From assembly GCA_045599565.1 (NCBI GenBank), contig JAZRWF010000065.1, positions 1,100 to 65,099 of the forward strand: a stretch of 64,000 bases of DNA. The letters are read 5' to 3'. This document shows, in pieces, positions 18,063 to 27,284 of this stretch. How positions within the stretch are numbered: the first letter of the stretch is position 1; the number at the start of each line of letters is the position of its first letter. The DNA is from Lachnospiraceae bacterium. Its GTDB lineage: Bacteria > Bacillota > Clostridia > Lachnospirales > Lachnospiraceae. The position numbers and the translations under genes are program-made. The notes under the pieces are model-generated. The model was not told the DNA's origin and ran no database searches. It saw only the letters and a list, made by a program, of their open reading frames with translations.

Positions 18063-19550
18063 ATGAGAAGATCAAGCGGAGTTTTGATGCCTATATCCTC
18101 TTTGCCAAGTAATTACGGCATTGGTACATTTGGACAGGCGGCGTACGATTTTGTTGATTGGCTATATGCAGCAGGACAGCATTTTTGGCAGATTCTGCCG
18201 CTGGGACCTACCAGCTATGGAGATTCACCTTATCAGAGTTTTTCTACATTTGCTGGAAATCCATATTTTATAGATTTAGACCTCTTGATAGAGGATGGAC
18301 TCATCACGAAGAAGGATGTGGAGGCTGAGAACTGGGGAACCGAGCCTAGATATGTGGACTATGGTCAGCTCTACACCTCTAAGTTTAAGATTTTGGAAAG
18401 GGCTAAGGCGAAGGGCTGGGATAGAGACAGAGAGAAGGTTAGGGCATTTGAAGAAGAAAATAAGACCTGGCTTCCTAACTATACTCTTTTTATGGCATGT
18501 AAGAGATATTATAAGGATGCAGCCTGGACAGAGTGGAAGGATAAGGACTTAAGACTTCACAAGACAGAGGCTTGCGAGAAGTACAGAACTCTTCTCAAGG
18601 AAGATGTGGAGTTATTTACATATATTCAGTATCTGTTCTTCATGCAGTGGCAGAAGCTTAAGCGCTACATCAGCACGAAGGGGATTGAGATTATCGGAGA
18701 TTTGCCTATATATGTGGCTCTTGATTCAGCAGATGTCTGGGCTGAACCACAGTTCTTTAAGCTGGATGAGGAGAATTATCCAGTGGAGGTTTCGGGAGTT
18801 CCACCTGATTATTTCTCAGAGGATGGACAGCTTTGGGGAAATCCGCTCTATGACTGGGATGCCATGGAAAGAGATGGCTTCGGCTGGTGGATTCGTCGTA
18901 TTGACGGCGCGAGAAAGGTATTTGACGTAATAAGAATAGATCATTTCAGGGGCTTCGACGAGTACTGGGCTGTGCCTTACGGTGATAAGACAGCTAAGAA
19001 TGGAAAGTGGAAGAAGGGTCCTGGTATGAAGCTCATCGGTGTTCTCAAGAGCTGGTTTAGAGAGACCCCTATCGAGTTTATAGCAGAGGATTTGGGTGAG
19101 CACACTCCTACAGTAGCGCAGCTGCTATCTGACTCTGGCTTCCCTGGCATGAAGGTGTTAGAGTTTGCCTTTGACAGCCATGAGCCTAGCAATTTCCAGC
19201 CTCATACCTATGAGAAAAACTGCGTTTGCTACACTGGAACTCATGATAATGCTACCGCTCTTGAATGGGCGGAGGATGCTTCCAAGGAAGATGTGTCTTA
19301 TGCATCTGCATACCTTGGAATCAGCAAGGAAGAGGGCTTTAACTGGGGACTTATCCGTGGTGGAATGAGCTCTGTAGCTGACTTGTTCGTTACACAGATG
19401 CAGGATTATCTTGGTCTTTCCAAGTATAACCGTATCAATACACCAGGCACTGCTTCAGGAAACTGGCAGTGGAGAATGTTAAAGGGTGAGGCAGATAAGA
19501 AGCTGGCTAAGAAAGTGTTTGAAATTACGAAGATGTACTCTAGATTATAG
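18063..19550 (+). CDS. malQ: 4-alpha-glucanotransferase (amylomaltase, GH77)
   Basis: WQILPL, GVPPDYFS..GQLWGNP, RIDHFRG, AEDLG, TGTHDN motifs; ATG 18063 with SD AGGAG. Confidence 0.95.
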   Translation: MRRSSGVLMPISSLPSNYGIGTFGQAAYDFVDWLYAAGQHFWQILPLGPTSYGDSPYQSFSTFAGNPYFIDLDLLIEDGLITKKDVEAENWGTEPRYVDYGQLYTSKFKILERAKAKGWDRDREKVRAFEEENKTWLPNYTLFMACKRYYKDAAWTEWKDKDLRLHKTEACEKYRTLLKEDVELFTYIQYLFFMQWQKLKRYISTKGIEIIGDLPIYVALDSADVWAEPQFFKLDEENYPVEVSGVPPDYFSEDGQLWGNPLYDWDAMERDGFGWWIRRIDGARKVFDVIRIDHFRGFDEYWAVPYGDKTAKNGKWKKGPGMKLIGVLKSWFRETPIEFIAEDLGEHTPTVAQLLSDSGFPGMKVLEFAFDSHEPSNFQPHTYEKNCVCYTGTHDNATALEWAEDASKEDVSYASAYLGISKEEGFNWGLIRGGMSSVADLFVTQMQDYLGLSKYNRINTPGTASGNWQWRMLKGEADKKLAKKVFEITKMYSRL

Positions 19551-19561
19551 GAGCTGCTTGG

Positions 19562-21787
19562 ATGAAGAAAGGGCTTAGTGCCAATCAATTAAAGCTTATA
19601 GCGATTTTAGCCATGGTGGTGGACCACACAGCGTGGGGCTTTGTGGAAATGTTTTCCGTGCAGGGGCAGATTATGCATGTCATCGGAAGACTTACTATAC
19701 CTATCATGTGTTTTTTCGTGGCGGAAGGCTATAAAAAGACCTCCTCGGTGAAGGGGTACATAGAGCGAATGGCGACATTTGCTGCTATTTCTATCATTCC
19801 GTTTTACCTGTTTTTCGGGCACGAATATGGCTATAGGCAAAACTTTATATTTGATCTGCTTTTGGCGCTTTTGTCTTTAGCAGTCATGGAGAAAAAGGAT
19901 CTGGCGAAGCCTTTGCGCTATGCAGGACTGGCGTGCCTTATCATTATATCAGCGCTGATTGGCGGCTGGCCGATATACCCGATTCTGCTAGTGCTCGTTT
20001 TCTATTATGGAAAGAGCTTTAAGCAGAAGGCGGCATTTGTCAGCCTATTTACAGTTCTTACTATAGGCTCGACCGTGGTCTTGATAAAGCTGAATGAGGT
20101 GTATAACTTTGCACCTGCTTATGCAGACTGGAGATGGTACCAGTGGATGTACTTCCTCGGCTTTGTTTTGGCACTTCCGCTGCTTAAGCTTTACAATGGC
20201 AAAAAGGGTGAATATCCGTTTAAGAAGAGGCATTTTTTCTTTGCGTTCTATCCAGGACATTTCATGATTCTATTTATGCTTCAGCTTTTAGTGCGAGGCG
20301 AGATTCAACTGTTTTACATAGGCTTGCATATAGTGGCATTCCTATTAATGATATTGTTTTCGTTCAGACTTTTGTCATGTAAGCCGTCAAAGGCAGTCAC
20401 CTCCGTTATGGTTCTGTCGTTGGCTGGCATTATGTACATGGCAGGTTTTCTCCTGGAAATCGCATATAATAACTTCGATATTGCCTATGCAGGCGTAGTT
20501 ATGCAGTATATAGGCGAGGTTTTAGTTTACTACGGCTTCGTGATTTTCATCGGTGAATTCGGTGGAGAGGAGATACCTCATTTTGTACAGGCACTTATAG
20601 CGGATGTAGGGCTTTTCATCATTTTTTTAGTGGCGACGGACAACAGCAGACATTGGTTTTATACAAAAAGATATGTAGTTACAGATGGTCCATTTCCTCG
20701 TATTGGATATGAGCACGCGTGGGGCTTCTATGTGTTCGTGGCCTACTCAGCTGCTGTATGTTTATATGTGCTTTGGGTCTGTGTAAAGCTTATGAGAACC
20801 GGCGATGCACTCACTAAAAAGCGCGGCGAGTACATGCTCATAGGAACGATGTGTCCTTGGCTTGTATATCTTATTTGCCTGACTGGTATAACAGGCGGCT
20901 ATGAGGTTTCGTGCTTGGGAGTATTTGGCTCCATTTATTTCATCCAGAGTGTGGTTATGAAATATGGTTTCTTCGACTCTGTTCAGCTGGCCGCAGAAAA
21001 TGCTATCGATGCCTATGGCGAGGGTGTTATGGTAACGGATGGAAAGTACAAAATTTTGTACTATAATTCCAGCATGGAGCAGATCATAGGCGACCTTAAA
21101 GTGGGTTCAAATGCGTCAAAGGTACCGCTCTTGGCAGGACTTATCTCAGGAAGCGACACCCAAATCACCTCGAATGAGCGAATTTTTGAGGTTAAGCGTA
21201 CAGAGCTTATGCAGGAGGGCTACATCACCGGATATATGCTCACCACTAAGGATATGACAGAGCATTTGCTGACTTTGGATACAGCGGAGAGGGCAGCGCA
21301 TACCGATTATCTGACCGGACTTTACAACAGATTTTACTTCGAGGAGCTGTATCTAAAGCACAGGAAAAATGGCGGCACAGGCACTCTTATCATGATAGAT
21401 CTAGATAATTTCAAGGCTGTCAACGATAAGCTGGGGCACGATAATGGAGATATGCTTATCACTATAACTGCCGATGTTATTAAGCATGTGGCGGGTACAT
21501 ATAACTTTGGCTGTCGTTTGGGTGGCGATGAGTTCATGGTTTACATAAAGGACGTTGTAAACAGAGAAAAGGTCAAGGAAATCTGTGAAAGCCTTCAGAG
21601 TACATATAATAGGATGGTGGATGAAGCAAGACTTGCAGTAAAGTCCACGATGTCTATAGGTGCGACGATTGAATTTGCTGCGAATCCAAAGGCTGACTCG
21701 AATGATTTCATCGAAATGTACAAGAGAGCCGATGATTCTATGTACAATGCGAAGGCTGCGGGAAAAGCTACATATTATATAGATTAA
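19562..21787 (+). CDS. membrane diguanylate cyclase with N-terminal TraX-like domain, further TM sensor region, PAS-like segment and GGDEF domain
   Basis: LKLIAILAMVVDH..IGRL..PI..F..AEG and YNGKKG...FYPGH (TraX); TDYLTGLYNR, DLDNFKAVND.LGH..GD, RLGGDEF. Confidence 0.85.
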   Translation: MKKGLSANQLKLIAILAMVVDHTAWGFVEMFSVQGQIMHVIGRLTIPIMCFFVAEGYKKTSSVKGYIERMATFAAISIIPFYLFFGHEYGYRQNFIFDLLLALLSLAVMEKKDLAKPLRYAGLACLIIISALIGGWPIYPILLVLVFYYGKSFKQKAAFVSLFTVLTIGSTVVLIKLNEVYNFAPAYADWRWYQWMYFLGFVLALPLLKLYNGKKGEYPFKKRHFFFAFYPGHFMILFMLQLLVRGEIQLFYIGLHIVAFLLMILFSFRLLSCKPSKAVTSVMVLSLAGIMYMAGFLLEIAYNNFDIAYAGVVMQYIGEVLVYYGFVIFIGEFGGEEIPHFVQALIADVGLFIIFLVATDNSRHWFYTKRYVVTDGPFPRIGYEHAWGFYVFVAYSAAVCLYVLWVCVKLMRTGDALTKKRGEYMLIGTMCPWLVYLICLTGITGGYEVSCLGVFGSIYFIQSVVMKYGFFDSVQLAAENAIDAYGEGVMVTDGKYKILYYNSSMEQIIGDLKVGSNASKVPLLAGLISGSDTQITSNERIFEVKRTELMQEGYITGYMLTTKDMTEHLLTLDTAERAAHTDYLTGLYNRFYFEELYLKHRKNGGTGTLIMIDLDNFKAVNDKLGHDNGDMLITITADVIKHVAGTYNFGCRLGGDEFMVYIKDVVNREKVKEICESLQSTYNRMVDEARLAVKSTMSIGATIEFAANPKADSNDFIEMYKRADDSMYNAKAAGKATYYID

Positions 21788-21794
21788 TCAAATG

Positions 21795-21827
21795 CGCAGC
21801 TGTTTTAGGATGACGGCTGCGTTATTT
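21795..21827 (+). terminator. probable intrinsic terminator
   Basis: CGCAGCTGT...ACGGCTGCG followed by TTATTT. Confidence 0.55.
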
Positions 21828-21846
21828 AAAGAGCGGGTGTGCGAGA

Positions 21847-22746
21847 ATGGAAGATAAAAGAAAAGAGACAGCAAACAAAATAGTAAATGTCATATTTTTA
21901 GTCACTTTTTTAGTGGCGATAGTAATGTCTGTCGTTTTGATAATTACATATTTGTTCAGAGGAGGTTCAAAGTCTGATTCGGCTGTGGCACCTGGGGCGC
22001 AGCCTGATGAAGTAATAGCTTTTGAGGAGCCTTTGGTGGAGGAAAGCGTTGGACCTAAGTACACCGAAGAGCAGTTGGCGATGCTTCCTGAGGCAGAGGA
22101 AATCTATGCGGAGATACTGCGAAGAATAGAGATTAAGGATTACTATGCGATAGAATACTATGCGAACCAGATTCTTTGGTATGAGGATGTGGCGCAGATT
22201 AAGGAATATTATGATAATAACACTGAAAACGTTATAAATGAGGATGTAGTTAAGGGCTTGTTGGAAATGTCTGCATACGACACCGATGGCTATAATGTAA
22301 TCGGGCTTTGCTCAGCACTGCTTGCATTAAAGGATTTGGATGGGTTTGAGGACACTTTTCAAAAAGGTGTAGAGCGTCTCAAGGAGCTGGTCGAAATACA
22401 GTATGAGATGGGAAGCTATAATACTGCGTCAAATGCTTACGCTTGTCTTACAGATTTAGGTGCGGGAGATTATAGTGAAAAATCAGCGGATGCAAAGAAT
22501 AAGGCGGAAGCTATTTTGGGTGAATACAGCGGAAAGAAGTATGGGGCACGGACTATTTTTATGAGCGACGGACTATATATTATGTTTACGCCAAAAAATG
22601 GCAACACCTTAGATGTTTATACTTCTATTTTCGACGGAGAGTGGAATTTCTATTTCGACGCTAATTATACAGTGACATTTGATGAAAATAAGATGGTGGT
22701 ATCGAGCACGGGTGGAATGTTCGATGGCGAGTATAGGAGGAAATAG
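21847..22746 (+). CDS. hypothetical single-pass membrane-anchored acidic protein
   Basis: 299-aa ORF with one N-terminal TM helix; no recognised family. Confidence 0.7.
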   Translation: MEDKRKETANKIVNVIFLVTFLVAIVMSVVLIITYLFRGGSKSDSAVAPGAQPDEVIAFEEPLVEESVGPKYTEEQLAMLPEAEEIYAEILRRIEIKDYYAIEYYANQILWYEDVAQIKEYYDNNTENVINEDVVKGLLEMSAYDTDGYNVIGLCSALLALKDLDGFEDTFQKGVERLKELVEIQYEMGSYNTASNAYACLTDLGAGDYSEKSADAKNKAEAILGEYSGKKYGARTIFMSDGLYIMFTPKNGNTLDVYTSIFDGEWNFYFDANYTVTFDENKMVVSSTGGMFDGEYRRK

Positions 22747-22748
22747 GT

Positions 22749-23216
22749 ATGATGGTTAGAAGAGCCGATGAGGCTGATATAGATGGAATACTGAAGCTGC
22801 TGCTTCAGGTGAATAATGTACATGCTGACATAAGACCAGATATTTTTATACATGATAAGACAAAGTATACGGCAGATGAGTTGTCAGAGCTTCTTAAGGA
22901 CGAAAACCGCCCCGTGTTTGTATGTGTGGACGAGGCGCCAAAGGTGCTTGGCTACGGCTTTTGTGTGCTTTCACAGCAGGAAGGCACAAATTTGATTCCA
23001 TATAAGACTATCTATATAGATGACATCTGCGTGGACAGTGCTGCGCGCCGTCAGGGTGTGGCCTCTCTCATCTACGATAATATCATGGACTATGCGCGTG
23101 AAAGCGGCTGCTATAATGTGACACTCAACGTCTGGACAGGTAATGATGGTGCCCGTGCATTTTATGAAAAAATGGGCATGAAACCGCTGAAGACGACCAT
23201 GGAGGTTAGGGTGTAG
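22749..23216 (+). CDS. GNAT family N-acetyltransferase
   Basis: IYIDDICVD...RRQGVA and N..A..FYEKMG motifs. Confidence 0.9.
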   Translation: MMVRRADEADIDGILKLLLQVNNVHADIRPDIFIHDKTKYTADELSELLKDENRPVFVCVDEAPKVLGYGFCVLSQQEGTNLIPYKTIYIDDICVDSAARRQGVASLIYDNIMDYARESGCYNVTLNVWTGNDGARAFYEKMGMKPLKTTMEVRV

Positions 23217-24242
23217 TTATATTATCATCATCGCATCCCCAAAGGAGAAGAAGCGATATTTCTCTTCTACAGCCACCTCATAAGCGTGGAGCACATTCTC
23301 ACGTCCAGCCAAGGCCGACACCAGCATGATAAGTGTCGACTGTGGCAGATGAAAATTCGTAATAAGTCCATCTATCGCCTTAAACTTATAGCCTGGATAT
23401 ATGAAAATCTCAGTCCATCCGCTGGTCGCAGGTATCGTTCCATCAGAAAGTGCTGCAGACTCAAGCGTTCTGGTAGAGGTCGTACCTACACTTATGACCC
23501 TGCCACCGTTTGCTTTAGTCGCATTTATCATATCAGCAGCCTCTTTAGAAATCTCATAATACTCACTGTGCATGTGATGATCTGTTATTTCATCTGCTTT
23601 TACTGGTCTGAAGGTTCCAAGTCCCACATGTAAGGTGACCTCTGCGATATTCACTCCCATTCCACGAATTTCAGCCAAAAGTTCATTTGTAAAATGAAGT
23701 CCCGCAGTAGGAGCCGCTGCACTACCCTCGTGTTTAGCATAAACCGTCTGGTATCGATTCTTATCCTCTAGCTTATGTGTGATATATGGCGGCAAAGGCA
23801 TCTCTCCCAGTTTATCTAAGATTTCCTCGAAAATACCGTCATATGTAAACTCTATAATGCGATTTCCCTCTTCGATAACGTCCACAATTTCGCCATTTAA
23901 AAGCCCATCGCCAAATGTAACCTTTGACCCGATGCGCATTTTACGTCCTGGCTTCACAAGGCACTCCCAACGATTATCTGATATTCGCTTAAGAAGCAAA
24001 ACCTCTACTGCGCCGCCGGTAAGCGGACGACTTCCAATGAGTCTGGCAGGAATAACCTTTGTATTATTAATAACCAGGCAGTCACCTGGCTTCAAATGTT
24101 CTTTTACATTAAAAAAATGCTCATGACTGATGTCACCGGTCACTTTGTCTAATACCATAAGTCTGGATTCACTTCTCTTCAAAAGTGGGTCCTGTGCAAT
24201 AAGCTCCTCAGGTAAAAAATAATCAAAATCGGATGTTTTCAT
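23217..24242 (-). CDS. queA: S-adenosylmethionine:tRNA ribosyltransferase-isomerase
   Basis: [41 protein letters not shown] motifs. Confidence 0.97.
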   Translation of the reverse strand: MKTSDFDYFLPEELIAQDPLLKRSESRLMVLDKVTGDISHEHFFNVKEHLKPGDCLVINNTKVIPARLIGSRPLTGGAVEVLLLKRISDNRWECLVKPGRKMRIGSKVTFGDGLLNGEIVDVIEEGNRIIEFTYDGIFEEILDKLGEMPLPPYITHKLEDKNRYQTVYAKHEGSAAAPTAGLHFTNELLAEIRGMGVNIAEVTLHVGLGTFRPVKADEITDHHMHSEYYEISKEAADMINATKANGGRVISVGTTSTRTLESAALSDGTIPATSGWTEIFIYPGYKFKAIDGLITNFHLPQSTLIMLVSALAGRENVLHAYEVAVEEKYRFFSFGDAMMII

Positions 24243-24259
24243 AAAATACCTCAAAAAAA

Positions 24260-24462
24260 GAAACCGCCAAGAAGACGGGCCTGGATTTTTGACTCCTAGC
24301 TAAGCTAGGTGGATCACCGCAGCTATTTAATTAGCCTTCCCCTGACCCAATGGGATTTAGAAAATGGGGCCCGACAGCATAAATGGCGATATAGGAATTC
24401 CATTAAAAGTAAATGTAGGTTCAAAAATACAGGTTATATCGTGCGTCCCAGCAGGCTTCGAT
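24260..24462 (-). ncRNA. ssrS: 6S RNA
   Basis: about 200-nt minus-strand rod: 5' CCTGCTGGGACG pairs with 3' CGTCTTCTTGGCGG, TTTTTGAACCT pairs with AGGAGTCAAAAA; Firmicute 6S-like GCGGTGATCCACCT; own sigma-A promoter; ends approximate. Confidence 0.7.
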
Positions 24463-24468
24463 ATGGTT

Positions 24469-24497
24469 ATTTTACATGAATATAAGGCGTATATCAA
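24469..24497 (-). promoter_or_regulatory. sigma-A promoter for 6S RNA (and possibly queA)
   Basis: minus strand TTGATA-N17-TAAAAT. Confidence 0.7.
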
Positions 24498-24598
24498 GCT
24501 TGATTTTAGGCTGCTTAACAGATATAATGAAAAGGAATTTATGCACTTTCAAATTCAGTGAAAAAACAAAGTTTTTTACCAAGATTGGGAGGTTAATC

Positions 24599-24943
24599 AT
24601 GGAGGAAAAAAGAGGCAGTAAACGTCTTGATTTGTCTGTAAAGGTAGAGGTTGAGCGTATCGATACCACGAACACTACTACTGTTAAATATATGGAGGCC
24701 CAGGTTACTAATATCAGTAAGTCTGGTCTCGCATTTGTCGTTCCAAACGATTTCGAAATAGACACCTGCTTTAATGCCAGAATTCAGATTTGGACTAAGG
24801 AGACTATTGATACCATTTTTAAGGTAGTTCGTAAGAAGGAGCTTGGAGATGGCATGTTTGAGTATGGCTGTATCTTCGTTGGCATGACTGATACCGACGC
24901 ACTTAAGATCGAAATCTACCAGCTATTTAACGACGCACAGTAA
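24599..24943 (+). CDS. stand-alone PilZ domain protein (c-di-GMP receptor)
   Basis: RxxxR (KRGSKR) and NxSxxG (NISKSG); ATG 24599 with SD GGAGG. Confidence 0.85.
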   Translation: MEEKRGSKRLDLSVKVEVERIDTTNTTTVKYMEAQVTNISKSGLAFVVPNDFEIDTCFNARIQIWTKETIDTIFKVVRKKELGDGMFEYGCIFVGMTDTDALKIEIYQLFNDAQ

Positions 24944-24948
24944 TAGCC

Positions 24949-25821
24949 ATGACAGAAAAAATAATATTTCCTGGTCTGCACATCGTGCTGGAGCATGTAG
25001 GTAAAATAGTTTCCATAGGTAATTTTTCTGTAGCTTACTACGGAATCATAATCGCTATAGGCATGGTTCTGGGTGTCACATTTATTCTTCGTGAGGCGAA
25101 GCGTGTAGGCATATCAGATGATAGTGCGCTCGATATAATTATTTACACCTTGGTTTTAGGTGTCATCGGAGCTAGAGCATATTATGTTATATTCTCCTGG
25201 GATAATTACAAGGGCGATTTGCTTTCCATCATAAATATCCGTCAGGGTGGTCTGGCTATCTACGGCGGCATAATCGCAGGCACCATCACAGCTATTGTTG
25301 TTAGCAAGCTTAAAAAGGTTTCACCGTTTGCATTTCTGGATATCGCATTTCCCGGTGTAGCCATCGGTCAGATAGCTGGTCGCTGGGGTAATTTTTTTAA
25401 CAGAGAGGCCTTTGGCCAGTATTCATCAGGACTGTTTCGCATGCAGCTTCCTATGGATGCCATCAGATCTATGGATGATGTTACCACCCAGATGCTTGAA
25501 AATGTGGAAATCATAGATGGCGTAAAGTACATCAGTGTGCATCCTACATTCTTGTATGAAAGTGTCTGGAATATCGGTGTTCTTGTGATAATGCTCATCA
25601 CCAGGAAGAAGAAAAAATTTGACGGTCAGATTGTGCTGACATATTTTCTTGGCTATGGTATAGGGCGATTCCTGATAGAAGGGCTTCGTACCGACCAGCT
25701 AAAGCTTTGGGGCACGAATTTAGCAGTGTCACAGCTTTTGGCTGCTCTGATGGCTTTGGTGAGCGGAAGCTTATTGATCATAATGTTTATAAAGAAATCT
25801 AAAAAATCTCAGGAGAACTAA
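24949..25821 (+). CDS. lgt: prolipoprotein diacylglyceryl transferase
   Basis: GGLAIYGG, GRWGNFFNREAFG, HPTFLYES, RFLIEGLRTD motifs. Confidence 0.95.
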   Translation: MTEKIIFPGLHIVLEHVGKIVSIGNFSVAYYGIIIAIGMVLGVTFILREAKRVGISDDSALDIIIYTLVLGVIGARAYYVIFSWDNYKGDLLSIINIRQGGLAIYGGIIAGTITAIVVSKLKKVSPFAFLDIAFPGVAIGQIAGRWGNFFNREAFGQYSSGLFRMQLPMDAIRSMDDVTTQMLENVEIIDGVKYISVHPTFLYESVWNIGVLVIMLITRKKKKFDGQIVLTYFLGYGIGRFLIEGLRTDQLKLWGTNLAVSQLLAALMALVSGSLLIIMFIKKSKKSQEN

Positions 25822-25836
25822 GCTCCTGAGATTTTT
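25802..25836. terminator. bidirectional terminator between lgt and the nuclease-like gene
   Basis: AAAAATCTCAGGAG-AACTAAG-CTCCTGAGATTTTT. Confidence 0.85.
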
Positions 25837-26614
25837 ACATTAAGTATTTTTTTATGTAGCTGTTTACAGTTTTTGTGCTGAGTGGGGAGCTGTAGGTTTC
25901 GTGAAAAAGAATGATGTCGTCGCCGATAAAAAGACCGTTTCGTTCGAAAACATCCAGCTTGCTGAGACTTTTTTGTACATAAGTAATAGAATCCATAAGT
26001 CCCATGTGCTCAATGTATTTTATTTCACAGGTAGATGGCTTCATTACAGTAAAATCTGGATAGAATGTAACAGATTTATTGTTTATTGTTAATTCCAATG
26101 GCATTTCGTAGTGATATGGGATTTTGTTTCTTTTTAGTTCATTTGCTATCAATATCTCCGCCTTAGATCGAACGCGTTCGCCTTTGTCTGTGAAGAATTC
26201 CGTAGTATCGTTTTCATTGAAAGCTTTGCCATGATACTGAATGGACGTGAATTTTTCTACCTTTTGTTTGTTAGTTATTATTATATCTTCTAACAGTTTT
26301 TTTCTGCCTGGTGGAAGCTTATTTAGAGTTTGACTTATACAATCTGTTTTATATAATTCTTTTAGCTGAAGCAAAGCTTCTAATCGTTCTTCTAACAAGG
26401 GCTTAGTTTCTGCATAAAAATCTCTTGCGCAAATCTGACGCGCAATATCCCAGTTTTTCTTTTTTAGGTATTTGCCATCTAAGAGATATTGGTAAGTGCC
26501 ATGGCTGCTTGAGCAGTTAATATTTCCAGTTATGTTTTTTGATAGAGTTGAGTTGATGGCTCTGAGTAGCTCCGATAGTACGGATATTTCTTTGTCTATC
26601 CCGGAAGAATTCAT
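25835..26614 (-). CDS. hypothetical protein with C-terminal PD-(D/E)xK / Vsr-DUF559-like nuclease domain
   Basis: T.KGERVRSKAE.LIAN.L...IPY.YE.P...YPDF...IEH.G motif string; SD GAAAGAGGA; visibly more AT-rich than neighbours; fold assignment is inferred. Confidence 0.7.
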   Translation of the reverse strand: MNSSGIDKEISVLSELLRAINSTLSKNITGNINCSSSHGTYQYLLDGKYLKKKNWDIARQICARDFYAETKPLLEERLEALLQLKELYKTDCISQTLNKLPPGRKKLLEDIIITNKQKVEKFTSIQYHGKAFNENDTTEFFTDKGERVRSKAEILIANELKRNKIPYHYEMPLELTINNKSVTFYPDFTVMKPSTCEIKYIEHMGLMDSITYVQKSLSKLDVFERNGLFIGDDIILFHETYSSPLSTKTVNSYIKKYLM

Positions 26615-26732
26615 AGATTATCCTCTTTCATTAAATAGATATTTGCGTTAAATTTAAATAATGGGAATTTGGGTAAAACCCGAGAAAGAAACCATAAGTT
26701 ATTGATTTTTTCTGAAACATACGCTTGGTAGA

Positions 26733-26761
26733 AAAATACAGCAGAATTGATGATGTGTCAA
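26733..26761 (-). promoter_or_regulatory. sigma-A promoter of the nuclease-like gene
   Basis: minus strand TTGACA-N17-TATTTT. Confidence 0.55.
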
Positions 26762-26784
26762 GAGGAAATGTGTTAATTAGTGAT

Positions 26785-27266
26785 ATTACTGGTAAGGCAG
26801 CCTGAGCATAGGGTGGTGCCAGTAAACCGTGCCTAGGCTGCTTTTATGATTACTGGCAAGGGGTCACAAAGTGGAGATTATGCCAGTAACCAGAGGCGGT
26901 GACGGTGGGAGATTACTGGTAAGGCAGCCTGAGCATAGTGGTGTGCCAGTAAACCATGTCTAGGCTGCTTTAGGATTACTGGCAAGGGGTCACAAAGTGG
27001 AGATTATGCCAGTAACCAGGGGCGGTGACGGTGGGAAATTACTGGTAAAGTAGCCTGAGCATAGGGGTGTGCCAGTAAACTGTGTCTAGGCTGCTTTGGG
27101 ATTACTGGCAAGAGGTCACAAAGTGGAGATTATGCCAGTAACCAGGGGTGGAGGCGGTGGGAAATTACTGGTAAAGTAGCCAAGACATGGGACATAGCCA
27201 GTAACCACAGTCGAAGAAGGCAAAAAACACTGGTATGCCACCTGAGATAGGCGAAAATACCAGTAA
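26785..27266. repeat. array of 16 alternately inverted TTACTGG/CCAGTAA cores (63-bp period); three near-identical 126-127-bp units plus one divergent partial unit
   Basis: cores at 26786, 26819, 26850, 26883, 26913, 26946, 26976, 27009, 27039, 27072, 27102, 27135, 27165, 27198, 27227 (degenerate), 27260. Confidence 0.95.
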
Positions 27267-27284
27267 AAAGGTCGATATAAATGG

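Noticed and set aside
24364-24598. ORF 24364-24561 and the long N-terminus of the PilZ ORF from 24476
   Set aside because: These overlap the 6S RNA and its promoter; the PilZ gene has a clear SD and ATG at 24599.
26785-27266. CRISPR array
   Set aside because: Cores are only 7-10 bp and alternate in orientation, spacers are duplicated between units, and no cas genes are present.
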